Positions 35,372 through 45,145 of a stretch of 64,000 nt of DNA are shown here, one piece after another. Both the position numbers and the translations under genes were made by a program. Below the pieces are notes generated by a model. It was not told where the DNA came from and ran no database searches. It saw nothing but the letters and a program-made list of their open reading frames with translations. The DNA is from Candidatus Peribacteria bacterium (GTDB lineage Bacteria > Patescibacteriota > Gracilibacteria > Peribacterales > Peribacteraceae), in the NCBI GenBank assembly GCA_023038255.1, contig CP082927.1, positions 18,436 through 82,435 on the forward strand, given 5' to 3'. Each line of letters opens with the position of its first letter. Within the stretch, counting starts at the first letter, position 1.

Positions 35372-35699
35372 AGATCGATTGTAGCGCAGGTTCAACCGGT
35401 GTGGGCTCAGAATATTGAATCTGCTCCTTCAGCAGATCGAGGGGGCGGATAATAGTCCCATAGGATTCGTAAATTTCAGGAATACGACAGAGTGCCACTG
35501 TGTATATCTGTTGCACTGCATTAATTAAATTCTGTATGTGAGCGGATGTCACTTTGTCATCATCAGCCCGGAGAATCAGATGGAGCCGGACTGCAGTGAT
35601 GACGCTTTCACGTAAAATTGCCAGATAAGAAGCCTCTCCTTCCACTGGTGTGAGAGGATATGTTTCTTCGATGCGGGAAAGACAGTTGGCTGTATTCAT
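35262..35699 (-). CDS. hypothetical protein; 3' part overlaps the glycosyltransferase start
   Basis: 145-aa ORF. TTGACA-17-TAATTT-6-ATG lies upstream. Tail overlaps 34499..35371 by 110 nt. Confidence 0.4.
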   Translation of the reverse strand: MNTANCLSRIEETYPLTPVEGEASYLAILRESVITAVRLHLILRADDDKVTSAHIQNLINAVQQIYTVALCRIPEIYESYGTIIRPLDLLKEQIQYSEPTPVEPALQSIYAEPADPLGHHPHTQTGGHFGEMSAGTGETDHHKSA

Positions 35700-35754
35700 A
35701 GTAGTAAATTAATATAATTTCAGTATTTTGTCAAATAGGTCTACAATCGGGCCT

Positions 35755-36414
35755 ATGAAAGCGATTTTCCTGAACTTTGCAAGCAATAACTCTTCTCCGG
35801 AGGCAGAAGCCTGCTTTGCGCTTGTGACTGAAGAAAAGACGGTTGCCTACACCCCCGTGGATCACCGTATTGGCGACAGTGGATTGATGCCCTTACTCGA
35901 AGAAACCCTGCAAAAGGCCGGTTGGACCTACAAAGACCTCACACATATCGCCTGTATAGTCGGTCCGGGCGGATTTACCAGTCTGCGCATGGCGGCATCA
36001 CTGGCTAATGTCATCGCTGATCAGTTGAAGATCCCCGCTACAGGCATTCATCTGTCTGATTTGTACTACGTACGATCTAAGAACCCCAATAACCAATCAC
36101 CAATCACCAATAACCCATTCATCTGGTTTCATTCTACAAAGAAAACGGATGTCTTTGTTCGTACATTCGGCATTGAAGAGTCGCCCTGGGAAGATCCAAC
36201 ACTCGTTCCCGTCGCAGATCTTGCAGCCCATAGCTCGCAGCTCGCAGCGTCGTCCTGGAGCGGCGAACTCATCCCCGACCATCGCATCATCATCGATTCA
36301 TTCTCGTTACAGCCCGCAACACTACAGCCCGTTGCAGATATTCTTCCTGCATTTCTCGCACCCCAAACCTACGGTACAGGCTTGCTGCAGCCGTGGTATG
36401 GGAGAGGATGGTGA
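35755..36414 (+). CDS. tsaB: tRNA t6A biosynthesis protein TsaB (YeaZ family)
   Basis: IACIVGPGGFTSLRMAASLANVIA motif. ATG 35755 lies 7 nt after TACAAT. Confidence 0.7.
   Translation: MKAIFLNFASNNSSPEAEACFALVTEEKTVAYTPVDHRIGDSGLMPLLEETLQKAGWTYKDLTHIACIVGPGGFTSLRMAASLANVIADQLKIPATGIHLSDLYYVRSKNPNNQSPITNNPFIWFHSTKKTDVFVRTFGIEESPWEDPTLVPVADLAAHSSQLAASSWSGELIPDHRIIIDSFSLQPATLQPVADILPAFLAPQTYGTGLLQPWYGRGW
36082..36117. repeat. heptamer array inside tsaB (AACCCCA ATAACCA ATCACCA ATCACCA ATAACCC)
   Basis: In frame; encodes NPNNQSPITNNP. Confidence 0.8.
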
Positions 36415-36416
36415 TG

Positions 36417-37316
36417 TTACGCAGCCTGGGCTTCCCAGAACCTGTTGATCGCGTCGATGTGTGCGGCATCAAAATCTTTCTGTGCCTGGGTAATGTCCTT
36501 TTTGTGTCTTCCAAGCTCCTCGTGATGCACGTCAATCAGGCGCTGCATTTCTTCCGGCTTGAGCGCAGCCAGTACCACAACGGGTTCAGGGCCATTTTTA
36601 CCGTTTCTCTGAATGTCTTTAAAGGCCACGTCTTTCCGTTCGTACTGCGCATGCAGAAGATCGGTTTGCCACGCATTGAACGTACAGATGCTCTCGCAAT
36701 GGCCCTCACCATTTTTCAGATAGACCATTGTGTCTTCGTGCGGCTTTGTGGTGGTCATGAAGAAAGATCCGACCGGAACATCTGTCCATTCAGTAGAGCG
36801 GAATAACATGGTCTGAAGATGATCCAGTGTCTCCTGATTCGTCCCACGGGCCTTCTCTGCAAGCAGCAACTCTTCGCGTTCGCGCATAATCTGCAGCGGA
36901 CCCGGCAGGGGCCTGTAGTGGACGGGTGTACGCAGGAGGGTTTCGTATTTTTTACGAATCTCATCCTGGCCTGGAACATACGCAACCTCCACACGCCTAT
37001 TGGCATCCATGTTATTGCTGATGCGCATAGGGTCAGGCAGATCCGGGACGGGTAGTTTATTGGCCTCAGTGCGCACCTGGTTCATTCGTAGCGCATACTC
37101 TCTCTGTTCCTGTATAGACTGTCTCTTCGCAAGATCACTTTCCGTCGGTGCCGTGATGCGCACACGCCGGTCGCCCTGCTTTTCCCACAATTTATCGTCT
37201 CCCGCTTCTGTAAAGAGGGTGCCGTCCGGGAGATTGCCAAAGGCGTCATCACGATAATCCGGCTGCGGAGAGTGTGTACGAGGGCAAAGACGGTGTTCGC
37301 GGAGTGAAAACTGCAT
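36417..37316 (-). CDS. hypothetical protein
   Basis: ATG 37316 (MQFSLREH) chosen because a TATAAT box (37345-37350, minus strand) lies upstream of it. No recognisable motif. Confidence 0.45.
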   Translation of the reverse strand: MQFSLREHRLCPRTHSPQPDYRDDAFGNLPDGTLFTEAGDDKLWEKQGDRRVRITAPTESDLAKRQSIQEQREYALRMNQVRTEANKLPVPDLPDPMRISNNMDANRRVEVAYVPGQDEIRKKYETLLRTPVHYRPLPGPLQIMREREELLLAEKARGTNQETLDHLQTMLFRSTEWTDVPVGSFFMTTTKPHEDTMVYLKNGEGHCESICTFNAWQTDLLHAQYERKDVAFKDIQRNGKNGPEPVVVLAALKPEEMQRLIDVHHEELGRHKKDITQAQKDFDAAHIDAINRFWEAQAA

Positions 37317-37464
37317 AGAGTGTATATTGGTATGAATTGTTAACATTATACAACAAATTATGGATTTAATCAACTATGAATAATACCCAAAAAGACGGGG
37401 AAAAGATGCGTTTAAGGCGAGGATTGCTATACTCTTCGCTCTTCATTCAGATATTCTCAAACGT

Positions 37465-40221
37465 ATGGCTATTCTCGATTCCCTCAACAAACTCCTCGGC
37501 GACCCGAACGAAAAAGAACTCAAGAAAATCCGCCCTGTGGTTGCAGAGGTGAGAGCATTCGAAAAGCGTCCGGAGATCCGCGCCCTGACTCTGGCCGATT
37601 TGCCTGCAAAGACTGAAGAACTCAAAAAGAAAATTGCGGATGGCATGACACTCGATCAGATTCTGCCGGAGGCATTCGCCGTCGCCATCCGTGCCTGTGA
37701 ACTGCTGGTTGGCCACAAGGAAATAATCGGGCGTCAGGAATTTGTGTGGAATATGGTGCCGTTTGATGTGCAGATTCTGGGAGGAGCGGCGCTGCACAAA
37801 GGCATGATTGCAGAAATGAAAACAGGAGAAGGAAAGACGCTCGTGTCTACATTGCCGGTGTATCTCAATGCTCTCAGTGGCAAAGGCGTCCACGTTGTGA
37901 CGGTGAACGACTACCTCGCAAAGCGCGACAGCCAGTGGATGGGAGTGCTCTACAAGGCACTCGGTCTCACGGTTGGTGTCGTCGTCCATGGCATTAACAC
38001 CGAAGACCGCCGCGCCGCCTACGCATCAGACATTACCTACGGAACCAACAACGAATACGGGTTTGATTACCTGCGCGACAACATGGTGAGCAGCATCAAG
38101 CAGCAGGTGCAGCGCGGACTAAACTTCGCCATTGTGGATGAAGTAGACTCGATTCTCATCGACGAAGCCCGCACCCCCCTCATCATCAGCCAGCCGGCGG
38201 AGGAATCCACAACCAAGTACATGCAGTACGCGATGCTTGTAAAAAACCTGCAGGAGAATGTGCACTACACGAAAGATGAAAAGCAGCGTGCAGCGGTGTT
38301 GAGTGATGAAGGAATCAAGAAAATGGAAGAGCTTCTCAATGTGGAAAATATCTACACCGAGAAAGGATTCGAAGAAGTGCATCACATCGAACAGGCGCTC
38401 CGCGCGCATGCCATTTATCAGCGTGATGTCGATTACGTGGTCTCGAACAACGGCGAAATCGTGATCGTCGATGAATTTACCGGACGTCTGATGCCGGGCC
38501 GCCGCTACAGCCACGGTCTGCATCAGGCGATTGAAGCGAAAGAAGGGGTGGAAGTGCAGCGCGAATCAAAAACACTCGCAACCATCACGTTCCAGAACTA
38601 CTTCCGTTTGTACAAAAAACTCGCCGGTATGACCGGTACCGCAAAGACGGAAGAAGAGGAATTTGAATCCATCTACAAGCTCCGCGTACTCGTCGTGCCC
38701 ACACACCGCCCGATGGTCCGCGACGACCGTTCCGATGCCATCTATCGCACTGTGTCTGCGAAATTCAAAGCTGTCGCAAAGCTCGCAAAAGAGAAAAATG
38801 CACTCGGTCAGCCGGTGCTCATCGGCACAACATCCATCGAAAAATCCGAAGTCCTCTCGCTTCTCCTTAAGCAGGAAAATGTGCCGCACCAGGTGCTCAA
38901 CGCCAAGCATCATGAACAGGAAGCAGAGATTGTCGCCGGAGCCGGACAGAAAGGATCAGTGACGATTGCGACCAACATGGCCGGTCGTGGAACAGATATC
39001 AAACTCGGTGACGGTGTGCAGGACCTTGGTGGTCTCGCGATTCTCGGAACAGAACGTCATGAATCCCGCCGCATTGATAACCAGCTCCGCGGTCGCGCCG
39101 GACGCCAGGGTGATCCGGGAGAGTCTCAGTTCTTTGTGTCCATGGAAGATGATCTCATGCGTTTGTTTGGTGGTGACCGTCTGAAGATGATGATGGAACG
39201 TCTGAATGTGCCGGAAGATGTGCCGCTGCAAAACGGTATGGTCAGCCGCAGTATTGAAGGTGCGCAGAAGCGCGTGGAAGGACATCACTTCGACACCCGT
39301 AAACACGTGCTCCAGTACGACGACGTCATGAACAAGCATCGTGCGCTTATTTATAAGCGGAGGCAGAAGATTCTCGAGAAGATCGACGAACAGGTTATGG
39401 GTGATGGGTTATCGGTTATGGGAAACGAAAATGCTGATGGATCGTTGCATGAAGATATTCTGCGTTCTATCAAAAAAGAAGGACGCAATATTGTCATGAC
39501 ACATGCGGTCGGACAGGATCCGGATCAGTGGGCTATTGAAAAAATTGTCGATGAATTAAGTGGTCTGCATCCGCAGTTCAGAGAGATTCTCAGTGAAGCA
39601 AAACTGAAGACATTTGTGGAGCAGGAAAAAATGGCAGACGCCGTCGAGCAGGCGCTCGGATCGTTCTACGACATCAAGTGCAAAGAGAGTGGCGAAGACA
39701 TTGTGGCGCAGGCAGAACGCGTCATCACCCTGCGTTCCATTGATACGCACTGGATGGATCACATCGATGACATGGCACATCTGCGCGAACAGGTGGCCTT
39801 TGCCGGCTACGCCCAGCGTGATCCGGTCATTGAGTATCAGGACCAGGGCTTCCGCCGCTTCCAGAGTCTGCTGAATAACATCGAAAGCGCAATTGTGCGC
39901 GCCATTCTCCAGGTTGATTTTGCCCAGTTCGCGCCGCGCCAGATTCTTGAGCAGGCCGAACAGGATCTTGCAGGTCTCACCACGAACGAAGCACAGATTG
40001 AAGGAGAGCTCGACCAGACCGGTGTCGGTGCGCTCAATGTTCTGAATGAGAATAACCAGAACACGATGCTCGGGCAGGCGGTCCGTCAGCAGCTCGGTGG
40101 CCAGCAGCGCGTCACAACTCCGCAGGCAAAGCCTTTGTCATCGGAGAAAGTCGGACGCAATGATCTGTGCCCGTGCGGCAGCGGGAAGAAGTACAAGAAG
40201 TGTCACGGACAGGACGAATAA
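37465..40221 (+). CDS. secA: preprotein translocase ATPase SecA
   Basis: MKTGEGKT Walker [30 protein letters not shown]-terminal [14 protein letters not shown] zinc finger. Confidence 0.95.
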   Translation: MAILDSLNKLLGDPNEKELKKIRPVVAEVRAFEKRPEIRALTLADLPAKTEELKKKIADGMTLDQILPEAFAVAIRACELLVGHKEIIGRQEFVWNMVPFDVQILGGAALHKGMIAEMKTGEGKTLVSTLPVYLNALSGKGVHVVTVNDYLAKRDSQWMGVLYKALGLTVGVVVHGINTEDRRAAYASDITYGTNNEYGFDYLRDNMVSSIKQQVQRGLNFAIVDEVDSILIDEARTPLIISQPAEESTTKYMQYAMLVKNLQENVHYTKDEKQRAAVLSDEGIKKMEELLNVENIYTEKGFEEVHHIEQALRAHAIYQRDVDYVVSNNGEIVIVDEFTGRLMPGRRYSHGLHQAIEAKEGVEVQRESKTLATITFQNYFRLYKKLAGMTGTAKTEEEEFESIYKLRVLVVPTHRPMVRDDRSDAIYRTVSAKFKAVAKLAKEKNALGQPVLIGTTSIEKSEVLSLLLKQENVPHQVLNAKHHEQEAEIVAGAGQKGSVTIATNMAGRGTDIKLGDGVQDLGGLAILGTERHESRRIDNQLRGRAGRQGDPGESQFFVSMEDDLMRLFGGDRLKMMMERLNVPEDVPLQNGMVSRSIEGAQKRVEGHHFDTRKHVLQYDDVMNKHRALIYKRRQKILEKIDEQVMGDGLSVMGNENADGSLHEDILRSIKKEGRNIVMTHAVGQDPDQWAIEKIVDELSGLHPQFREILSEAKLKTFVEQEKMADAVEQALGSFYDIKCKESGEDIVAQAERVITLRSIDTHWMDHIDDMAHLREQVAFAGYAQRDPVIEYQDQGFRRFQSLLNNIESAIVRAILQVDFAQFAPRQILEQAEQDLAGLTTNEAQIEGELDQTGVGALNVLNENNQNTMLGQAVRQQLGGQQRVTTPQAKPLSSEKVGRNDLCPCGSGKKYKKCHGQDE
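39393..39423. repeat. heptamer array inside secA (GGTTAT GGGTGAT GGGTTAT CGGTTAT GGG)
   Basis: In frame; encodes [10 protein letters not shown]. Confidence 0.8.
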
Positions 40222-40223
40222 GA

Positions 40224-40406
40224 TCACTTCTTCTTTTTCAGATCTTTCGCATCCGGCTTCTTCTTTTTCTTCAGCATATTGATAAGTGTATCCGGAACGG
40301 GCAGTGCAATTTCCGCGACGACCCATCCGACTCCATCCAGAATTTCTCCGGCAATGCTGGAGGATTTTTTCTTGGGTGGAACAGGCTCTGGTTTTTTGGT
40401 GGCCAT
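40224..40406 (-). CDS. possible small lysine-rich protein (weak call)
   Basis: 60-aa ORF from ATG 40406. No SD or clear promoter. Converges on the secA stop. Confidence 0.2.
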   Translation of the reverse strand: MATKKPEPVPPKKKSSSIAGEILDGVGWVVAEIALPVPDTLINMLKKKKKPDAKDLKKKK

Positions 40407-40531
40407 GAGTATGATGGGGGGAAGAGTTTCCTCTCTATGACTCCCTTTTGAACAAAATGTGACAATAAAGAAAGGAAGAATTCCAGGAAGTGTCATACCA
40501 TGTAGAATGATCGTTATCTTCCCCATTACCC

Positions 40532-42043
40532 ATGAAAATGTTCCTCTCTTCATCTGCCATCGCAAGTCTCGTATTGTCTGCCATCGCTTTCTTTCCGCCG
40601 ACACAAGCAAGCGCACTTAGCTGTATGCAGGCTCCCCCCTTTACAGAGGCCGTTGCACAAGCAGAAATCATTCTGGAAGTGATGCCGTTGCAGCTTGCTT
40701 CAACAGAGGAGATATCGTTCCACTGGGATGTAAAAGTGCTGAAGACGTATAAAGGCGATGTGACGGTTGGTGCGAGAGTGCAGGTGATAGAAAGCGTCTG
40801 GCCTTCCACGAAGGATTATCAGTCCGCTCTTCATGAGGAAGAGCCGATGCTCCTCTTCCTCCGTGCCAGTAAAATACCTGACACATTTATTTACGGCCTC
40901 TGTGACTTTACGAGCCGCTCTCTGGTCGAAAAGCCGCTGACTGCGGAGGAGAAAAAGATTCTCAACGCAGCATCAACAGACGACACATGCCAGCCTTATG
41001 TCTGTAAGGACGGCACTACACATGCGCGTTGTGCAGCAGATGGAACCGTCATCAATTACTTTGCACCAGTGTGTCTGACACATGGCGGGGATGCAGAAGC
41101 GTCTGGGTTCACCGATGTATCAGCGACTCATGCGAATGCAGATGCCATCGCGTATGTGAAGGCAGAAGGTATTGTCTCCGGTTATGCTGATGGAACGTAT
41201 CGGCCGGATCAGACTATCAATCGCGCAGAGTTCACAAAAATCATCACTGTCGCGCTGTACGGGCAGGCAATGATCGACCAATGTGGATCTTTCTATCCTT
41301 TTTCCGACGTCCCGCGCGATGCATGGTACGTGAAACATGTCTGTCGTGCGCGTGATGGCTGGCTCTTGAGTGGTTATCCGGACAATACCTTCCGCCCCGC
41401 GCAGAATATTAACTTTGTAGAGGCAGCAAAAATTCTGGCAAACGGCTATAACCTGATTCATCGCGAAGAGCACTGCAACGGCAAGCTCTGCCCCGATGTC
41501 GATACAGTGGACCATCCGTGGTATGAGCAATACGTCCGTGCTCTGGCTGCTGAAAATGCCATTCCTTTCTCTATTGTCGGTCTGAATCAGGCGATCACCC
41601 GCGGGGAAATGGCGGAGATCATTTATCGTTTGAAGACGAAAAATACCGACAAGCCATCACGGACATATAACTATCTCCTTGGATTAATGGAAACATCCGG
41701 CGAAGACGACAGTGTTCGCAGAGATGATAAGCGAAGTTCAGATGTGAACAGTATTCTCAGCGCGATCCGTTTCTACGCTCTTGATCACAATGGATCATTG
41801 CCATCAGGAATTCCTTTGAATGAATCCCTGGAAATTTGCAGCGATACTGAATGTGATTCTTCTTTTGTGGAGCTTCAAGTGCTGGTTGGAACCTATCTTC
41901 CTGCCATTCCTCAAGATCCGCTCATTACAAGTCAGGCAGAGACTTTCTACTTTATCTCCCGTGACAACGCCGGATATGTCACTATTTCTGCGCCGCATGC
42001 AGAGTCAAGGGTAGTGAGTGTTACGTTGTCCGTTGGTAATTAG
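40532..42043 (+). CDS. secreted SLH-domain protein with C-terminal pilin-head-like domain
   Basis: Signal peptide, SLH repeats (FTDVSATHANADAIAYVKAEGIVSGYADGTYRP; FSDVPRDAWYVKHV...SGYPDNTFRP). The last ~105 aa align to the local pilins. Confidence 0.7.
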   Translation: MKMFLSSSAIASLVLSAIAFFPPTQASALSCMQAPPFTEAVAQAEIILEVMPLQLASTEEISFHWDVKVLKTYKGDVTVGARVQVIESVWPSTKDYQSALHEEEPMLLFLRASKIPDTFIYGLCDFTSRSLVEKPLTAEEKKILNAASTDDTCQPYVCKDGTTHARCAADGTVINYFAPVCLTHGGDAEASGFTDVSATHANADAIAYVKAEGIVSGYADGTYRPDQTINRAEFTKIITVALYGQAMIDQCGSFYPFSDVPRDAWYVKHVCRARDGWLLSGYPDNTFRPAQNINFVEAAKILANGYNLIHREEHCNGKLCPDVDTVDHPWYEQYVRALAAENAIPFSIVGLNQAITRGEMAEIIYRLKTKNTDKPSRTYNYLLGLMETSGEDDSVRRDDKRSSDVNSILSAIRFYALDHNGSLPSGIPLNESLEICSDTECDSSFVELQVLVGTYLPAIPQDPLITSQAETFYFISRDNAGYVTISAPHAESRVVSVTLSVGN

Positions 42044-42094
42044 GGTATCGTTTTACGGAGTTTTGGATGTAAGTCTGTGCTAGACTTATCCCCC

Positions 42095-43060
42095 ATGTCT
42101 CCCCAAAAAATAATCGGCCATGCCCGCCAGCTTGCGGAACTTGCAGCGGATATTGAAAGCAAGAATATCGCGCACGCGTACTTGTTTGCGGGAACGCCGA
42201 ACCTCGGAAAGACAACGGTGGCGCAGTGGTTTGCGCGTGAGCTTTTGACGGAGGGAAAAACGCACGAGGAAAAAGAGGAGATTGATCACCAGATTCTGCA
42301 CATGATCCATCCGGATCTGATGGTGCTGGATCAGCTGTGGATTGAAGACAAATGCGAAGACTGGGATGTCATCGCACGTTCAAGCAATGTACCCCAGCAG
42401 CATCGCGCAAAGGCACCTGCCATGCGGACGGATGTCATTGGGATCGACGACGTACGCGAGATCCAGAGCCGCTTGCAGGAGACGGGAAACGGTCAGTATC
42501 GCTTCTGTCTTATTCGCGGCATCGAACGTATGCAGGACGCTGCGGTGAATGCGCTCCTGAAGACGTTGGAAGAGCCGCCGCCCGGACGCATTTTTCTGCT
42601 CACGACAGACTCACTCCAGACCGTACTTCCCACTATCCTCTCGCGATCCCGCGTGATCCGATTCCAGCGCGTCTCCGATCGGGACGTCGCAACACTGCTT
42701 GAAGAAACAGAGGAAGAGGATCGCCGGTTTATTCTGCACCTCGCACAGGGCGCCCCCGGCCGCGCGATCCGCCTGGCCAATGATCCCGATGCACTGCGTG
42801 AAGAGAAGCAGTTCCATCAGCAGGCGATGTCGTTCTGGAATACATCGTCCCCCATCGATCGCATGATGGCGCTGACACCGCTGCACGAACGTGGGGCAGA
42901 GTCCGAACGGTTCCTGTTTCACCTCGCACTCGCGCTCCGGGAGAAAGGTGAGTACACGCATGCACAGCAAAAAGCGTTAAATGAGCTTGTGGAAGGACTT
43001 CGGACAAATGCGAGCCGTCCGCTTATGACAGAGCATTTTGCGACCCAAATCGCCCAATAA
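42095..43060 (+). CDS. holB: DNA polymerase III delta' subunit
   Basis: AHAYLFAGTPNLGKTT, LLKTLEEPP, SRSRVIRF. ATG 42095 lies 8 nt after TGCTAGACT. Confidence 0.8.
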   Translation: MSPQKIIGHARQLAELAADIESKNIAHAYLFAGTPNLGKTTVAQWFARELLTEGKTHEEKEEIDHQILHMIHPDLMVLDQLWIEDKCEDWDVIARSSNVPQQHRAKAPAMRTDVIGIDDVREIQSRLQETGNGQYRFCLIRGIERMQDAAVNALLKTLEEPPPGRIFLLTTDSLQTVLPTILSRSRVIRFQRVSDRDVATLLEETEEEDRRFILHLAQGAPGRAIRLANDPDALREEKQFHQQAMSFWNTSSPIDRMMALTPLHERGAESERFLFHLALALREKGEYTHAQQKALNELVEGLRTNASRPLMTEHFATQIAQ

Positions 43061-43111
43061 TCCCGTATTTTTGAGTATCTTTGGGAGATTTTCCCCTATA
43101 ATCGTCGCTCT

Positions 43112-44398
43112 ATGGATATTCGGTATCACATCACAGGCGGTATTCCTTTGCAGGGCGAAGTGACGATCAGTGGATCAAAAAATGCAGCCTTGCCGCTTAT
43201 TGCCGGATCAGTGCTCGTGAGTGGCATCACTGTGCTCCACAACGTTCCACGTCTGCGTGATACAGAAACCCTCCTGAAAATTCTCGAATTCCTCGGTGCC
43301 ACGACGCATTTTGAAAACGGTACCGCCACCATCGATACCACCAAACTTGAAAGCAAACCGATCCCGTCCGAGCTTGTCTCCAAGCTGCGCGGCGCCATTG
43401 TGCTTCTGGGTCCGCTCCTCGCACGCTTCGGTGTTGTTGAAATGTCCTATCCGGGTGGATGTGTGCTCGGCAAGCGTCCGGTTGAGGCGCATGTGCTGGC
43501 TCTCATGCAGATGGGTGCGGAGAACATGAGTACCTCGGATGTCATTCACCTCCAGGGGAAACTCCAGCCGAGCCGCATCATCATGCCCGCTTTTTCTGTC
43601 ACCGCGACAGAGATCGCGATTTGGGCTGCAGCCGCAACGGTCGGCGAGACGCGCATCGACATTGCCACCGCTGAGCCCCACGTACAGGCTGTCTGCCGTA
43701 TGGCGCAGGAGATGGGTGCAAGAGTGGAGGGAATCGGCACGAACACGCTTATCATCCACGGAGTCGGCCACCTGCGTGCGGTTGAATTCCGTGTGCCGTT
43801 TGATTATCTGGAAGCAGGATTGTTCGTTATTGCCGCTCTCGTCACAAAAGGAAAGCTGAGACTCCGCGATGTTGATGCCAATGACCTGATTGTCTTTCTC
43901 GACACTATCCGCCGCGCCGGGGGGCTCTGGAAATATGATCCCGCAGAGCGTGTGCTGTTTGTGGATGGCGAGCTCTCTATTCTCCAGTCGATGAAAGTGC
44001 AGACCGGTATTCACCCCGGCTTCCCAACGGACTTACAGGCCCCTATGGGAGTGTTGATGACGCAGGCAAAGGGGGTGAGCCGTATTTTTGAATGTATCTT
44101 TGAGGGGCGCATGGCGTATCTGTACGAACTGGAAAAGATGGGTGTGCACATGGAAATCCTCAATGCCCATCAGGCGCTTATTATCGGTCCTACACCTCTC
44201 AAAGGCCGCACCGTTGCATCCAATGATATCCGTGCCGGTGCCGCTATGGTCCTTGCCGGGCTCTGCGCAGAAGGCCGCACCATTGTGACAGACGTGCATT
44301 ACATTGAGCGTGGTCACGACAGGCTCGACGAGAAGCTGCGCAGCGTCGGGGCTAAAATCGATCGCGTCGTGGTCGATGCACCTCCGCCCCAGTCGTAA
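43112..44398 (+). CDS. murA: UDP-N-acetylglucosamine 1-carboxyvinyltransferase
   Basis: ISGSKNAALPLIAGSVL, YPGGCVLGKRPV (catalytic Cys loop), 428 aa. Confidence 0.95.
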   Translation: MDIRYHITGGIPLQGEVTISGSKNAALPLIAGSVLVSGITVLHNVPRLRDTETLLKILEFLGATTHFENGTATIDTTKLESKPIPSELVSKLRGAIVLLGPLLARFGVVEMSYPGGCVLGKRPVEAHVLALMQMGAENMSTSDVIHLQGKLQPSRIIMPAFSVTATEIAIWAAAATVGETRIDIATAEPHVQAVCRMAQEMGARVEGIGTNTLIIHGVGHLRAVEFRVPFDYLEAGLFVIAALVTKGKLRLRDVDANDLIVFLDTIRRAGGLWKYDPAERVLFVDGELSILQSMKVQTGIHPGFPTDLQAPMGVLMTQAKGVSRIFECIFEGRMAYLYELEKMGVHMEILNAHQALIIGPTPLKGRTVASNDIRAGAAMVLAGLCAEGRTIVTDVHYIERGHDRLDEKLRSVGAKIDRVVVDAPPPQS

Positions 44399-44452
44399 GC
44401 CCCCGTATTTTCCCTAGCCCAAACCCTCACCCTCACCCTACAATCTATACAT

Positions 44453-44989
44453 ATGGCACAACTGACTTTCTCTCTCGTTGGCGGCTCCACCCTGAAGTGT
44501 TCCGGTGGTCCTATGCCCTTCACCGTCTTTCCGGACAAAGTCCAGAGCGGCGTCCTGAATCTTTTGCCGTCTCCGCAGGAAAGTCCCAGCCGCGAAATCA
44601 TTTCCTGGCCGGGTGAGTACGATATTGCCGGCATCACCGTGCGCGGTATTGGCCAGAACGAAGGTCAGAAAGTATCGTATGTACTCGACATCGACGATAT
44701 CCGCTTTGCCTTCCCTGCGTCTCCGCTCGAAGACTGGCGCGATGAAGACATCGAACGCATGGGCGAGGTCCATGTGCTTGTTCTTCCTGCAGAAGACCCC
44801 AAGAAATGCCAGGCGCTCCTGGATGAAGTGGACCCGCGCGTTCTGTTCATTGTGCCCGGCAGCGACGGCAGTCTGAATCCGGATATGCTCAAGTCCTGCG
44901 GCGCAGCGGACAAAGAGCATGTAAAGGAATTCAAGCTGAAGGGAGCCTTTGGCGCTGAAGGACGTGAGGTTGTGGTCTTCAGTAATTAA
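44453..44989 (+). CDS. hypothetical protein
   Basis: 178-aa ORF. TACAAT lies 8 nt upstream of the ATG. No diagnostic motif. Confidence 0.5.
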   Translation: MAQLTFSLVGGSTLKCSGGPMPFTVFPDKVQSGVLNLLPSPQESPSREIISWPGEYDIAGITVRGIGQNEGQKVSYVLDIDDIRFAFPASPLEDWRDEDIERMGEVHVLVLPAEDPKKCQALLDEVDPRVLFIVPGSDGSLNPDMLKSCGAADKEHVKEFKLKGAFGAEGREVVVFSN

Positions 44990-45029
44990 GCATCGACGCA
45001 TTCAGAGGAATTACCTATCCTTTTGCCAT

Positions 45030-45104
45030 GCCCCTGTAGTTCAACGGATAGAACAGTCCCGTCCTAAGGGATAGATATTGGTTCAATTCCAGTCGGGGGC
45101 ACCA
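45030..45104 (+). tRNA. tRNA-Arg (anticodon CCU), CCA encoded
   Basis: Hand-folded: acceptor GCCCCUG/CGGGGGC, anticodon loop GUCCUAA, T-loop UUCAAUU. Confidence 0.9.
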
Positions 45105-45145
45105 TTCGACTTCGGCCTTGCGGGGCCTCCGCAGCGGATGCTCAC

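Noticed and set aside
40224-40616. Full 130-aa version of the minus-strand ORF after secA
   Set aside because: The upstream 70 codons run through the promoter region of 40532..42043 and have no coding features. Only the 60-aa distal part is retained, at low confidence.
43208-44014. 268-aa ORF antisense to murA
   Set aside because: It is a shadow ORF inside a highly conserved gene.
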